In this document: piece by piece, positions 19,730 to 29,241 of the stretch
Layout: the number at the start of each line of letters is the position of its first letter
How positions within the stretch are numbered: the first letter of the stretch is position 1
DNA from: Candidatus Kapaibacterium sp.
GTDB taxonomy: Bacteria; Bacteroidota; Ignavibacteria; Kapaibacteriales; UBA2268
Assembly (NCBI GenBank): GCA_963664875.1
Contig: OY761611.1
Location: forward strand, 576,001-640,000
Direction: 5' to 3'
Length of the DNA: 64,000 nucleotides
Position numbers and translations under genes: made by a program
The notes under the pieces: generated by a model
What the model was told of the DNA's origin: nothing
The model's database searches: none
Seen by the model: the letters and a program-made list of their open reading frames with translations, nothing else

Positions 19730-20971
19730 TTAGTGTAAAGGTGCACCTAATACTACACGGCAAGTATCTCTTGCTAATACAAGTTCTTCGTTAGTAGGGA
19801 TAACATATACTTCGATAGCACTATCTTTAGTGCTGATTTTCATTTCTTTTCCACCAACTGCTTGTTTATTAAGTTTAGGATCGATTTTGATACCTAAGTT
19901 TTCTAAACCTGCACATATTGCAGCTCTCGAATCAGGAGCATTTTCACCAATACCAGCAGAGAAACAAATAGCGTCGCATCCGTTCAATTCTGCCATATAG
20001 GCACCAATATATTTCTTAACTCTATGAGCAAACATATCCAAAGCTAATTTTGCTCTTCTGTCATTGTGTTCTTCCACTTCAATTTCCAGATCTCTCATAT
20101 CATTTGATAAGCCGGAAATACCAAGTACACCAGAACGTTTGTTCAAGATTGATAATACTTCTTCTAAAGAAATACCTTCTTTATGAGCTATAAAATCAAT
20201 AATACCCGGATCAATATCACCTGAGCGAGTCCCCATAATTAGACCTTCTAATGGAGTAAAGCCCATAGAAGTATCATAAGATTTACCATTTTTAATAGCA
20301 CAAACTGAAGATCCATTGCCAAGGTGACAAGTGATAATATTTGTATTTTCTCTTGTTTTACCTGTCAATTTTCTATATCCGTATGCAATATATCTGTGAG
20401 AAGTACCATGGAAGCCATATTTTCTGATTCCATATCTTCTATATAGCTGATAAGGAATACCATACAAATAATTTACTTCAGGCATTGTTGCATGAAAAGC
20501 TGTATCAAATATAGCTACCTGAGGAATATTCATACCAAATACTTCTCGGGCTGCATTGATACCTTTAATGTTTGGTGGATTGTGTAATGGGGCTAAATCA
20601 ATACAGTCTTCAATAGCTCTGATAACATCATCAGTTACTGCTACAGAACCATTGAATTTTTCACCACCGTGAACAGTTCTGTGACCGATTGCATGTATAT
20701 CTTCTAAGCCTTTGATTCCGGGGATATTTGTTTCAGGATCTGCCATCCACTGAGTAACATAAAATATTGCAGCTTTATGATCTCTCAAAGGTACTGCATT
20801 TTTAATTTTCTTTTCGCCAACTTTAAAAGTTACTACAGATTGGCTCCCGATCCTTTCTACAAGACCTTTTGCTAAAGTTTTGTCTTCACTTTTTTCAATT
20901 TTTTCTAAATCAGTTTCAATTATTTGAAACTTCAATGAAGAACTACCGGTATTTAAAACAAGTATATTCAT
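19730..20971 (-). CDS. ackA: Acetate kinase
   Basis: LNTGSSSLK, GHRTVHGG, APLHN, FDTAFH, YGFHGTSH, HLGNG, GIGEN, TNEE. Confidence 0.97.
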   Translation of the reverse strand: MNILVLNTGSSSLKFQIIETDLEKIEKSEDKTLAKGLVERIGSQSVVTFKVGEKKIKNAVPLRDHKAAIFYVTQWMADPETNIPGIKGLEDIHAIGHRTVHGGEKFNGSVAVTDDVIRAIEDCIDLAPLHNPPNIKGINAAREVFGMNIPQVAIFDTAFHATMPEVNYLYGIPYQLYRRYGIRKYGFHGTSHRYIAYGYRKLTGKTRENTNIITCHLGNGSSVCAIKNGKSYDTSMGFTPLEGLIMGTRSGDIDPGIIDFIAHKEGISLEEVLSILNKRSGVLGISGLSNDMRDLEIEVEEHNDRRAKLALDMFAHRVKKYIGAYMAELNGCDAICFSAGIGENAPDSRAAICAGLENLGIKIDPKLNKQAVGGKEMKISTKDSAIEVYVIPTNEELVLARDTCRVVLGAPLH

Positions 20972-21049
20972 TGAGATAGCCCATGTTTTATTAAAAATAT
21001 TGTGATGTATTGCTTTCTATTTTGCTTATTTGTTTTCTTTGCTTTGATA

Positions 21050-21057
21050 CAAATATA
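21050..21057 (-). promoter_or_regulatory. -7 promoter element for ackA-pta
   Basis: TATATTTG on the minus strand about 80 nt upstream of the ackA start. Confidence 0.55.
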
Positions 21058-21104
21058 GTGAGATTTACCATATTTTGCTAATTAGCTAAGGATTTTACAA
21101 ATAT

Positions 21105-22253
21105 TTATTTTTTTTGGAAATATTCAATAATTCCGTCTGTCAACCAGTTTGCTATAGCCTGTCTGTTGTTGCTTTCTATTAACCTTACCTGATCTTTCGG
21201 GTTTTGAATATTTCCCAACTCAATATATGCTCCTATAGGCTTTGTGTATTTAAGCATATATAGATTTCTTGAACTTACGGATCCGTCGTAACCTCTACCG
21301 GGCTGAGCTATCCGATATTTTTCTTCAATCGTGCTAAGCAAAGTGTTTGCAAACATTTTGCCTTCAGTGCTGTTTTGGTCATGGTAAAAGAAAATGTCTA
21401 TTCGTTTATCAGTTATTCTGGAATCTACATGCAAAACAACTATATACTGCTCTTGAAATCCGTTGTTCTGATTTTGTTTATATAAATTATTTACTATCTC
21501 TGCTCTTTTACGAAGTCTGGTTACCTGGTCATGCGAAATTGTGTCGCCACCATAGTAAAACTCTTTATTACTGTTATTTAGATATTTGTCATCTCTGATT
21601 CCGTCATTTTTGTCTTGAACTATTGTATATACTTTAGCAGAGTTCAGCATCAATTGTCTTGCTAACCTAAGAGTAATATCATAAGCATACTCATCTTCAT
21701 GAAGCTCGTGCTCGTTTGCAAAACCAATCGCACCCGGATCAGGTCCTCCATGACCTGAAACAACATAAAATATTTTTCCGGAAAGCTCACTACTTATTGG
21801 CTCTATGTTCTCATAATTTTTACCAAATAATGGTTCTTTTATTTTGTCAGAAATAACCTCCTGTGCAATATCGTATTCGGGAACCCATAGCTCTAATGTT
21901 TTTGTATATTCGCCCGGCTTTATTCCTTTCTTGTAGAGACCTATATTCCAATCCTGAATCGACTTTGCATAATCATAATTGTTATTCCCTATTGTAGTTC
22001 TTATGCTTTTGCCATTGTATTTATAAACTTTAATCGGTAATTTGTACTTTTGATTTAGGTATAGCACTTTTTTGGATTTACTTATTTGACCGGAATTCAG
22101 ATTTAAGAATTTGTCCTCTAACTCAGAAGAATAGTCAAGTCCGTACCGCTCTAAAAAAGTTTTTATCCCATCTCCGGGTTTTGGAGATACCTGTAAATAT
22201 TCTTGAGAAAACAGAGCTACTGCTGATAAGAGAAAAATTACTAAGTATTTCAT
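21105..22253 (-). CDS. N-acetylmuramoyl-L-alanine amidase (Amidase_3), exported
   Basis: SGHGGPDPGA, HEDE, LHVDS and YIELGN zinc-amidase motifs; start moved to MKYLVIFLL (signal peptide). Confidence 0.85.
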   Translation of the reverse strand: MKYLVIFLLSAVALFSQEYLQVSPKPGDGIKTFLERYGLDYSSELEDKFLNLNSGQISKSKKVLYLNQKYKLPIKVYKYNGKSIRTTIGNNNYDYAKSIQDWNIGLYKKGIKPGEYTKTLELWVPEYDIAQEVISDKIKEPLFGKNYENIEPISSELSGKIFYVVSGHGGPDPGAIGFANEHELHEDEYAYDITLRLARQLMLNSAKVYTIVQDKNDGIRDDKYLNNSNKEFYYGGDTISHDQVTRLRKRAEIVNNLYKQNQNNGFQEQYIVVLHVDSRITDKRIDIFFYHDQNSTEGKMFANTLLSTIEEKYRIAQPGRGYDGSVSSRNLYMLKYTKPIGAYIELGNIQNPKDQVRLIESNNRQAIANWLTDGIIEYFQKK

Positions 22254-22328
22254 AAGCCAATATTTCCGTTGTTGATTGCAAGAATGTATTGCAAATTCTT
22301 CTGATGTTGAAAAAAAAGAAGTATTTAT

Positions 22329-22360
22329 TTTGTTAGTCTCTTGTAGAGACTTTATCTTTG
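22329..22360 (+). promoter_or_regulatory. TTTG-N20-TAnnTTTG promoter for the udg-ddl operon
   Basis: TTTG at 22329-22332 and TATCTTTG at 22353-22360 match the Bacteroidota -33/-7 consensus. Confidence 0.65.
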
Positions 22361-22385
22361 TATATTGCAAATTTAAAGAATAACT

Positions 22386-23267
22386 ATGAATATCGTAAAT
22401 AAAGTAGAAGATTATTTAAAATTTCAGTCCGAAGTATTTGGCGATGAGATTCATATCATTGATATAGAGCCTACTCCTTTGCCTCCTTTTGAAGGCAAAG
22501 AACCACATTTTGAGCAAAATGTTATTGAAGATTCGAATCCAAATCCCATCGAAACGCAAGAGGAAAACGATACTGAAATTGAAAATATGACAGTTCAAAT
22601 TGAAACACAACCAGTAGTTATAGACGAAGTAGAAACAACTATGCCCATTACAAATTCGAATCCTGAAGTTAAATCTTCAATAGCAATAGATTGGAAAGAA
22701 TCTGAAAGTCTTGAAATTTTAAACAGCAAAATCTCTTCATGTTTGGAGTGTGAATTAGGAAGCACTCGTAACAAATTTGTTTTTGGCGATGGGAATCCTA
22801 ATGCTGACATCATGGTAATAGGAGAGGCTCCTGGTGCCGATGAAGATGAACAAGGTCTCCCTTTTGTTGGGCGAGCAGGACAGCTACTTACCAAAATGTT
22901 AGAAGCAATATATTTCAAGCGTGAAGACATATATATTGCAAATATTTGCAAATGCAGACCTCCGGGGAATAGACGTCCGACTCCGACAGAGGTTGACTCC
23001 TGCGAACCTTATCTGAAAAAACAGATTGAGCTTATTAAACCAGTTTTTATTCTATCTTTAGGTTTGACTTCCGTAGATACTCTACTCAAAAAGAAACACA
23101 AAATGGGCGATATCCGTGGCAACATTATGGACTATCATGGCATAAATATGCTTGTTACTTACCACCCTGCTGCTCTATTGCGTAACCCGCAATGGAAGAA
23201 AGATGCATGGGAAGATTTGAAAAAACTTAGAATTCTTTACGACAAATACTTACTAACTAAAAAATAA
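22386..23267 (+). CDS. Uracil-DNA glycosylase family 4 (Fe-S) with acidic N-terminal extension
   Basis: CLECEL, GEAPG, PFVGRAG, KCRPPGNR, TYHPAALLR. Confidence 0.93.
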   Translation: MNIVNKVEDYLKFQSEVFGDEIHIIDIEPTPLPPFEGKEPHFEQNVIEDSNPNPIETQEENDTEIENMTVQIETQPVVIDEVETTMPITNSNPEVKSSIAIDWKESESLEILNSKISSCLECELGSTRNKFVFGDGNPNADIMVIGEAPGADEDEQGLPFVGRAGQLLTKMLEAIYFKREDIYIANICKCRPPGNRRPTPTEVDSCEPYLKKQIELIKPVFILSLGLTSVDTLLKKKHKMGDIRGNIMDYHGINMLVTYHPAALLRNPQWKKDAWEDLKKLRILYDKYLLTKK

Positions 23268-23287
23268 ATATCACAGAGAAGAATAAT

Positions 23288-24313
23288 ATGAAAATTGCAG
23301 TCTTATTTGGAGGCATTTCTACCGAAAGAGCTGTTTCGCTTACTGGTGGAAAATCAATAATTGAAGCGTTAAAAGAAAAAGGTCATGAAGTAAGGGGAAT
23401 AGATCCGATTTACGGAAAAGATTTGGACAAAGGCGAATTGCAACTGCAAGATCCAAGCGTAGCTCCTAATGCTACTGAAATTGGAAATATTTCTGAAAGA
23501 AAGTATGTTGAATGTCTTTCTCACGACTATTTCCAGACTGTCGATGTATGTTTTAACCTTTTACATGGTTACTTAGGCGAAGACGGAAAAGTCCAGGCAT
23601 TGCTCGAATTAAGCAAAATTCCGTACACAGGAAGCGATGCTCTATCAAGTGCTATGGCTATGGATAAAGCCCTTTCTAAGCAAATAATGGCTGCAAATAA
23701 CATTTTGGTTCCTGAAGGTTTAGTCCTTTCTCCTCAGCATGCTGATGACTTAGATCTTATCAAGCAAATTAGAAACCATTTCGGCAAAAGATTAGTTATC
23801 AAACCAAACGATCAAGGTTCCACTATAGGAATAACTTTCGTAAATGATGGCAATTTAGAAGACATAAGCAATGGTATTAGAGAAGCAGCTAAATATTCTG
23901 ATATCATAATACTTGAAAAATTTATAGAAGGCAGAGAGTTAACTGTCGGTATTGTCGGCAATCAAATTCTACCTGTAATAGAAATTATTCCTGACGGTGG
24001 ATATTATGACTATGAGCATAAATACACCAAAGGTAAAAGCAATTATGTCTGCCCGGCTGATTTGCCTCAAGACATCGCAGAATTTACTCAAAATATGGCA
24101 GAAGCTGCTTATACATCTCTTAAATGTACCGGGTTTGGAAGGGTAGATTTCAGATTAAACGAAGATGGTCAGCCAATAGCGTTAGAAGTTAATACAGTTC
24201 CCGGATTTACATCAACCAGTTTAGTTCCAATGGCGGCGAAAGCTCTCGGTATCTCTTTTGCTGACTTATGCGAGCACATTTGCGTTTTAGGCATTAACAA
24301 ATGGAAAAAATAA
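23288..24313 (+). CDS. ddl: D-alanine--D-alanine ligase
   Basis: GGISTERAVSL, LHGYLGEDG, MDKA, GSTIG, YDYEHKY, RVDF, EVNTVPG. Confidence 0.95.
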   Translation: MKIAVLFGGISTERAVSLTGGKSIIEALKEKGHEVRGIDPIYGKDLDKGELQLQDPSVAPNATEIGNISERKYVECLSHDYFQTVDVCFNLLHGYLGEDGKVQALLELSKIPYTGSDALSSAMAMDKALSKQIMAANNILVPEGLVLSPQHADDLDLIKQIRNHFGKRLVIKPNDQGSTIGITFVNDGNLEDISNGIREAAKYSDIIILEKFIEGRELTVGIVGNQILPVIEIIPDGGYYDYEHKYTKGKSNYVCPADLPQDIAEFTQNMAEAAYTSLKCTGFGRVDFRLNEDGQPIALEVNTVPGFTSTSLVPMAAKALGISFADLCEHICVLGINKWKK

Positions 24314-24314
24314 A

Positions 24315-25298
24315 ATGAAGAATATACATCTTACCGGTATCGGCAGTGCTTTGGTGGATTTCCAATTCAAGGTCAATGATAGCGATTTAGCGGATTTAGG
24401 CTTGAATAAGAGTGAAATGACTCTTGTTGATGCAAATACTCAAGACATTATCCTGAATAAATACGAAGTAGAAAAAGCAAACAAATGCAGTGGAGGTTCT
24501 GCTGCCAATACTATTATTGCATTTTCTCAAATGGGTGGTGATGCCGGATATATTACTCGCATCGGCGATGACAATTTAGGTCATTTTTATGCTTCTGAAT
24601 TCACTGATTTGAGAATCAAACTATCTGCAACTCGTGATGATAAAAATGCAACCGGCACTTGTCTTGTATTTATTACTCCTGATTCTGAAAGGACTATGCA
24701 GACTTGTCTTGCTGCCTCCGCATTATTTTCAGAAGACAACTTGGACAAACAGTTAATAGCTGACTCCGAATGGATTTATATCGAAGGATATGCACTATCG
24801 CAGGAAAATAGCTTTAACGCAGTTCTTAAAGCAATTGAAATTGCAAAAGAAAATGATACCAAGATTGCAATTACGTTTTCAGATGTATTCATAACTGATA
24901 TCTTCAGGAATCAACTTGAAAAATGTGTGAGCAATGCTGACTTGATTTTCTGCAATGAAAACGAAGCATTTAGATTCACAAAAACTGATAATTTGAATGA
25001 TGCAATAAAAATATTATCTAAATTTGTTGCGTCTTTTGTCATTACTTTAGGTGCCAGAGGTGCTATAGCATTCGTTGACGGCAAAGAATATAAAATCAGT
25101 CCTTATCCAGTGAATTTAGTAGATACAACCGGTGCTGGCGATATGTTTGCAGCAGGATTTTTATATGGTATGATTGTCTTGAAAGATATTAGAAATGCCG
25201 GACACATTGCTTCTGCAGCCTCGGCTGAGATAGTTAGTCAGCTTGGTGCCAGATATAAAGATAATTTGAAAGATATTGTCAAAAGATTAGCGGACTAA
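24315..25298 (+). CDS. PfkB-family carbohydrate/nucleoside (adenosine-like) kinase
   Basis: GGSAANT, ERTM, NENEA, DTTGAGDMF. Confidence 0.88.
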   Translation: MKNIHLTGIGSALVDFQFKVNDSDLADLGLNKSEMTLVDANTQDIILNKYEVEKANKCSGGSAANTIIAFSQMGGDAGYITRIGDDNLGHFYASEFTDLRIKLSATRDDKNATGTCLVFITPDSERTMQTCLAASALFSEDNLDKQLIADSEWIYIEGYALSQENSFNAVLKAIEIAKENDTKIAITFSDVFITDIFRNQLEKCVSNADLIFCNENEAFRFTKTDNLNDAIKILSKFVASFVITLGARGAIAFVDGKEYKISPYPVNLVDTTGAGDMFAAGFLYGMIVLKDIRNAGHIASAASAEIVSQLGARYKDNLKDIVKRLAD

Positions 25299-25305
25299 AA
25301 ACACA

Positions 25306-26634
25306 ATGAAATACTTGATCATAATATTTACTTTTTTCATATCATCAAATTTGTTTTCTCAAAGTGGGATGCAATTTGCAGAGTTTGCTCAAAAAATAGA
25401 ACCTTACTTTGACGAAGCCTTTATTAAAGACATTCAAAATCAGATGCCTCAAGGCGATAGATATGTTGTTTGGGGTTGGGATGTCGGAGATTTTTCCGGA
25501 GACGGATATAATGATGTAGCTTTTGCAATCAAATTAGCTTCCGAACGCAAAAAAAAGGTACAGGTTTATCTTTTTGCTGATATAGAAGGTTATATGGTCA
25601 AAGTTGGGGAATATCAGTATAATTTCTTTGAGATTCCTTTGGAGATTGGTTTAGTCATAAAAGATGGTGCTTGCTATATCACAAAAAAGAATGAGCAATT
25701 CGACTGGCTTATCAAAGGATATAAGTTCGATAATGGCAGTCTAATGCTTTTAGACGAATATCATACCCAACCTAAGGGAAGATTTACACTTGAGAAATAT
25801 ACAAATTATGTTTCTCTCGAAAACACAGTAAAATATTTGAATAGAAGTACTTCAGAAAATGTATTTTTAGCTGATTATCTCACAATCCCTTCTTATCCTC
25901 GCGGTAAGCAAATTTATAAAGGCTATAATGATATTGCCCTTTCTCAGAGAATAGATTACGTCCATAAGGGAGCCTATAACTGGGAAGGTGCGGCTGATTG
26001 CTCTTTTGATATAAAATCTGCCTATGACGATGACAATTTATATTTTACAATCAATGTCTATGACGACTCAATTGTTCCCAAAAAGTGTGACAGTTGTGAA
26101 TGCGATTTAGTTGAAATATGGTTTTATGCTGATAAGCAAATGTCAGACCCTAACAAATTTGAGACAGAATCTCCTGATACACTTAATCTTGCATCAATTA
26201 AAAATGAAGGGTTGTTTTGTTTTAAAATTTACCCCGGAAATTTTGAAGATATTAAAAGCTATATCAAGTTAAGTACAACAGATGAACTCGCAAATTATCA
26301 GAACGTAGGTGTCAAAGAGATAAAATCTGTTTCTTCTCTATTTGATGAAGGTTACACTATCAAGGTAAAGATTCCTTTTATTGTTTTGGGCTATCAAACA
26401 TTACCTATAAGCGAAGATGACAAGTCTTGTATAAATCTGTCTATTGTAGTACATGATATTGATAACGAATTTAGACCAGAAGAAAAAACAGAAATAGCTA
26501 CTTCAGCTTTTACTCCGTTTAATCCGTTTACTTACGGATGTTTAAAGATTGTGCCCGGGAATACTTGGTACGGAGACAGTTATAACATCTATAAGGAAGA
26601 CATACTCAAGTATCTTAACGAGTATGGATTTTAA
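25306..26634 (+). CDS. Exported hypothetical protein with FG-GAP-like motif and CBM9/DOMON-like C-terminal domain
   Basis: Signal peptide; GDFSGDGYND; WEGAADCS...AYDDDNLYFTINVYDD...GYTIKVKIPF. Confidence 0.55.
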   Translation: MKYLIIIFTFFISSNLFSQSGMQFAEFAQKIEPYFDEAFIKDIQNQMPQGDRYVVWGWDVGDFSGDGYNDVAFAIKLASERKKKVQVYLFADIEGYMVKVGEYQYNFFEIPLEIGLVIKDGACYITKKNEQFDWLIKGYKFDNGSLMLLDEYHTQPKGRFTLEKYTNYVSLENTVKYLNRSTSENVFLADYLTIPSYPRGKQIYKGYNDIALSQRIDYVHKGAYNWEGAADCSFDIKSAYDDDNLYFTINVYDDSIVPKKCDSCECDLVEIWFYADKQMSDPNKFETESPDTLNLASIKNEGLFCFKIYPGNFEDIKSYIKLSTTDELANYQNVGVKEIKSVSSLFDEGYTIKVKIPFIVLGYQTLPISEDDKSCINLSIVVHDIDNEFRPEEKTEIATSAFTPFNPFTYGCLKIVPGNTWYGDSYNIYKEDILKYLNEYGF

Positions 26635-26662
26635 TAAGCAAACTGTTTTTGAAAATACCTAC

Positions 26663-26708
26663 AAAGCAGACATATTGCTCTTATGCAACATGTCTGCTTT
26701 TTTCTTTT
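26663..26708 (+). terminator. Intrinsic terminator before the atp operon
   Basis: AAAGCAGACAT...ATGTCTGCTTT stem followed by T-rich tract. Confidence 0.75.
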
Positions 26709-26764
26709 CCACAATCCTAAACTTTTCTAAGATTATTTTTCATATTCATACGTTACTAACTATC

Positions 26765-26986
26765 ATGACAAATACAAAAAAAAGAAACGACAACACTTGG
26801 GTAGAATACTCAACTTTAGGATTTCAGATTGCTATATATATGGTGCTCGGACTATGGGCAGGTTCAGCAATTGATACCGAAGAAAGCAAACCACTTTGGA
26901 CTATAGTTTTTTTGTTGCTGGGCATTATTCTCGGGATGTACAATTTTTTTAAGACCGTGTTGAAAAAAAATGATAGAAAAAAATAA
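26765..26986 (+). CDS. AtpZ/AtpI-family small membrane protein
   Basis: ATG at 26765; two TM helices with G-x-W-x-G-x3-D and GIILGMYN pattern; first gene of the atp operon. Confidence 0.75.
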   Translation: MTNTKKRNDNTWVEYSTLGFQIAIYMVLGLWAGSAIDTEESKPLWTIVFLLLGIILGMYNFFKTVLKKNDRKK

Positions 26987-27037
26987 ATTTCTTGTTATAT
27001 TAGTTTTTACTAAAGCATTAATGGTATTGAGGGGATA

Positions 27038-27322
27038 ATGTCGGTACTTTTGCCAATAATTATAACATTGTTCAACACTTTAGTGGCTTTATGGATTATT
27101 GAAAGAAATATTAACTCAGACACTAAAAGATTCAATAAGACTGTTTTTTCTTCTTTAGTTGTCAGATTCTTCTTAGTTCTTATCGTTTTTGCATTAGTAT
27201 ATTACTATGTAGAAATAGATACTTTTATTTTCCCATTGATTTTTTTAATAAGTCAATTTTTGTGCATAATTATCGAAATAATCTATATCAATATTCGTTT
27301 TAAGCAAAGATTTAACAACTAA
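27038..27322 (+). CDS. ATP synthase protein I-like membrane protein
   Basis: Hydrophobic 94-aa protein with VVRFF motif directly upstream of atpB; SD GAGGGG. Confidence 0.6.
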   Translation: MSVLLPIIITLFNTLVALWIIERNINSDTKRFNKTVFSSLVVRFFLVLIVFALVYYYVEIDTFIFPLIFLISQFLCIIIEIIYINIRFKQRFNN

Positions 27323-27338
27323 TCTATTTGGGCTTTAC

Positions 27339-28346
27339 ATGGCGGAACAAGTAACAAACCACGAGATTGAAACAAACGAACACGGTCATGCTGAATCATC
27401 AGCTCATACCGAAAAATCACAGGATGTTTTTTCTCAACTTCTTAATGAGAATATTGGCGACCACCACAGTCTGAGTTTTTTTGGTCATGGCCATTTAGAT
27501 TTGCCAAAAATATTTATTGATAACGGATTCCATTTTTATTGGAACGGCAATCAAATGGAAGAAGCCGGACTTTTTACAGAGCACCATCACCATTATGTGC
27601 GTACTTCTGACCATAAAGCCCCGGCTTTGGATTTGTCAATCACTTCTCTAGTTTTTTTCGAGCTGCTTGGTGCAGTATTATTATTTGTTGTTTTCAAAAT
27701 GGTAGCAGGAAAATATAAGAAAAACCCTGATAAAGCTCCTTCTGGTTTTCAAAACCTTTTAGAGGTAGTTTTTACCTACGTACGCGATGAAATAGTCAGA
27801 CCTAATTTGCCTAACGACAAAGTAGTAAATAGACTATTACCATATTTCATTTCTTTGTTTTTCTTTATTCTCGTACTCAATCTTTTTGGGTTGATTCCGG
27901 GTGGACACGCTGCCACGAGTAATATTGCAGTTACTGCAGCTTTAGCTATCACTGCTTTTATAGTTATTCAAATTACAGCTATAAAAGAATCAGGTATCGG
28001 AGCATGGTTTCATCACTTACTTGGTGGTGCTCCTTGGTGGCTCTTCCCTATTATGGTACCAATTGAAATCATTTCAATGTTTGTTAAACCTTTTGCATTG
28101 ACAGTCCGTCTTTTTGCGAATATGACAGCCGGACACGTTGTTATTTTATCTCTAATTGGTTTAATATTTTTCTTTAAAACAGTGTTTGTAGCTCCGGTTT
28201 CGGTAGGTTTTGCATTGTTTATTTACACACTTGAATTGCTAGTTGCGTTCATTCAGGCATATGTGTTTACAATCTTAACTGCTGTGTTCGTTGGCTTAGC
28301 CATCGGAGATCATTCACATGAGCATGAACATGCAGATGCTCATTAA
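27339..28346 (+). CDS. atpB: F0F1 ATP synthase subunit a
   Basis: NLFGLIP, KPFALTVRLFANMTAGH, IQAYVF; His-rich termini. Confidence 0.96.
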   Translation: MAEQVTNHEIETNEHGHAESSAHTEKSQDVFSQLLNENIGDHHSLSFFGHGHLDLPKIFIDNGFHFYWNGNQMEEAGLFTEHHHHYVRTSDHKAPALDLSITSLVFFELLGAVLLFVVFKMVAGKYKKNPDKAPSGFQNLLEVVFTYVRDEIVRPNLPNDKVVNRLLPYFISLFFFILVLNLFGLIPGGHAATSNIAVTAALAITAFIVIQITAIKESGIGAWFHHLLGGAPWWLFPIMVPIEIISMFVKPFALTVRLFANMTAGHVVILSLIGLIFFFKTVFVAPVSVGFALFIYTLELLVAFIQAYVFTILTAVFVGLAIGDHSHEHEHADAH

Positions 28347-28404
28347 AAAAATCGAAAGTACTTTAATTTATATTTTGTTTCTTATTATAAACGAGGATCA
28401 TTAA

Positions 28405-28632
28405 ATGGATGCTTCATCTTTAGCTTATCTTGCAGCAGGCTTGGGTGCCGGCTTTACAGTATTCGGTGCAGGTTTGGGTATTGGTAAATTGGCTTCAGCT
28501 GCTTTGGAAGCAAGTGGACGCCAACCGGAAGCTGCCGGCGATTTCAGAACTACAATGATTATCGCTGCCGCTCTTATCGAGGGTGTTGCACTTTTCGCTG
28601 CTGTAATTTGTTTCGTATTGACTACAAAATAG
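28405..28632 (+). CDS. atpE: F0F1 ATP synthase subunit c
   Basis: GAGLGIG, RQPE loop, LIEG ion-binding Glu. Confidence 0.97.
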   Translation: MDASSLAYLAAGLGAGFTVFGAGLGIGKLASAALEASGRQPEAAGDFRTTMIIAAALIEGVALFAAVICFVLTTK

Positions 28633-28637
28633 TTTTA

Positions 28638-28671
28638 AGCGGTTATTCCTTATTGGAATAACCGCTATTTT
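28638..28671 (+). terminator. Intra-operon stem-loop after atpE (partial terminator or mRNA stabiliser)
   Basis: Perfect 12-bp stem AGCGGTTATTCC-ttatt-GGAATAACCGCT with a weak T tail. Confidence 0.6.
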
Positions 28672-28731
28672 GTATAATTCCTCGTAAAAACAAAATTGAC
28701 TTGTAACATAAATTAAATAGATAGGTCAGAT

Positions 28732-29226
28732 ATGGAAAATCTTGTCTCGGTCAATCCCGGATTGATGATTTGGACGTTGATTATTTTTACAATATTCTTT
28801 TTACTTATAGCAAAGTTTGGCGCAAAACCAATTGCCAATGCTTTGCAACAAAGAGAAAAAAATATCAATGATGCTATTGACAATGCCAATACAGCTAACA
28901 AAATAGCTCAGGACAATCTCCAAAAAACACAAGAAAAATTGGATAATGCCCAAAAGGAAATGGCTGATATAATCGCAAAAGCCAGAGTTCAGGCTGAAAA
29001 ACAGCTCCAAAAAGCTTCTGAAGAAGCTGATAAGTTAAAACTTCAAAAAGTAGATGATGCCACTAAAGAAATTGAAAGAAAGAAAGAAGAGGCTATCGCT
29101 GAACTAAGAAGAGAAATTGCAGGCTTAGTTGTTGAAGCAACTGAAAGAATCCTTGAAGAAAAAATCGACCCTGCGAAAGATCAAAAACTTATCGAATCTT
29201 ATATACAAAAACTTCCTAAGAATTAA
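28732..29226 (+). CDS. atpF: F0F1 ATP synthase subunit b
   Basis: N-terminal TM helix (PGLMIW) followed by a charged coiled coil; operon position. Confidence 0.93.
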   Translation: MENLVSVNPGLMIWTLIIFTIFFLLIAKFGAKPIANALQQREKNINDAIDNANTANKIAQDNLQKTQEKLDNAQKEMADIIAKARVQAEKQLQKASEEADKLKLQKVDDATKEIERKKEEAIAELRREIAGLVVEATERILEEKIDPAKDQKLIESYIQKLPKN

Positions 29227-29241
29227 GGTGCGGATTGTCTT

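Noticed and set aside
19196-19738. 180-aa plus-strand ORF
   Set aside because: Antisense shadow of pta; Ser/Ile-rich with no motifs.
22254-22370. Extended amidase start
   Set aside because: Runs through the divergent promoter region; the signal peptide begins at 22253.
26549-26764. N-terminal extension of the 145-aa track ORF
   Set aside because: Overlaps the upstream gene and crosses a terminator; ATG at 26765 gives a normal AtpZ/AtpI-sized protein.
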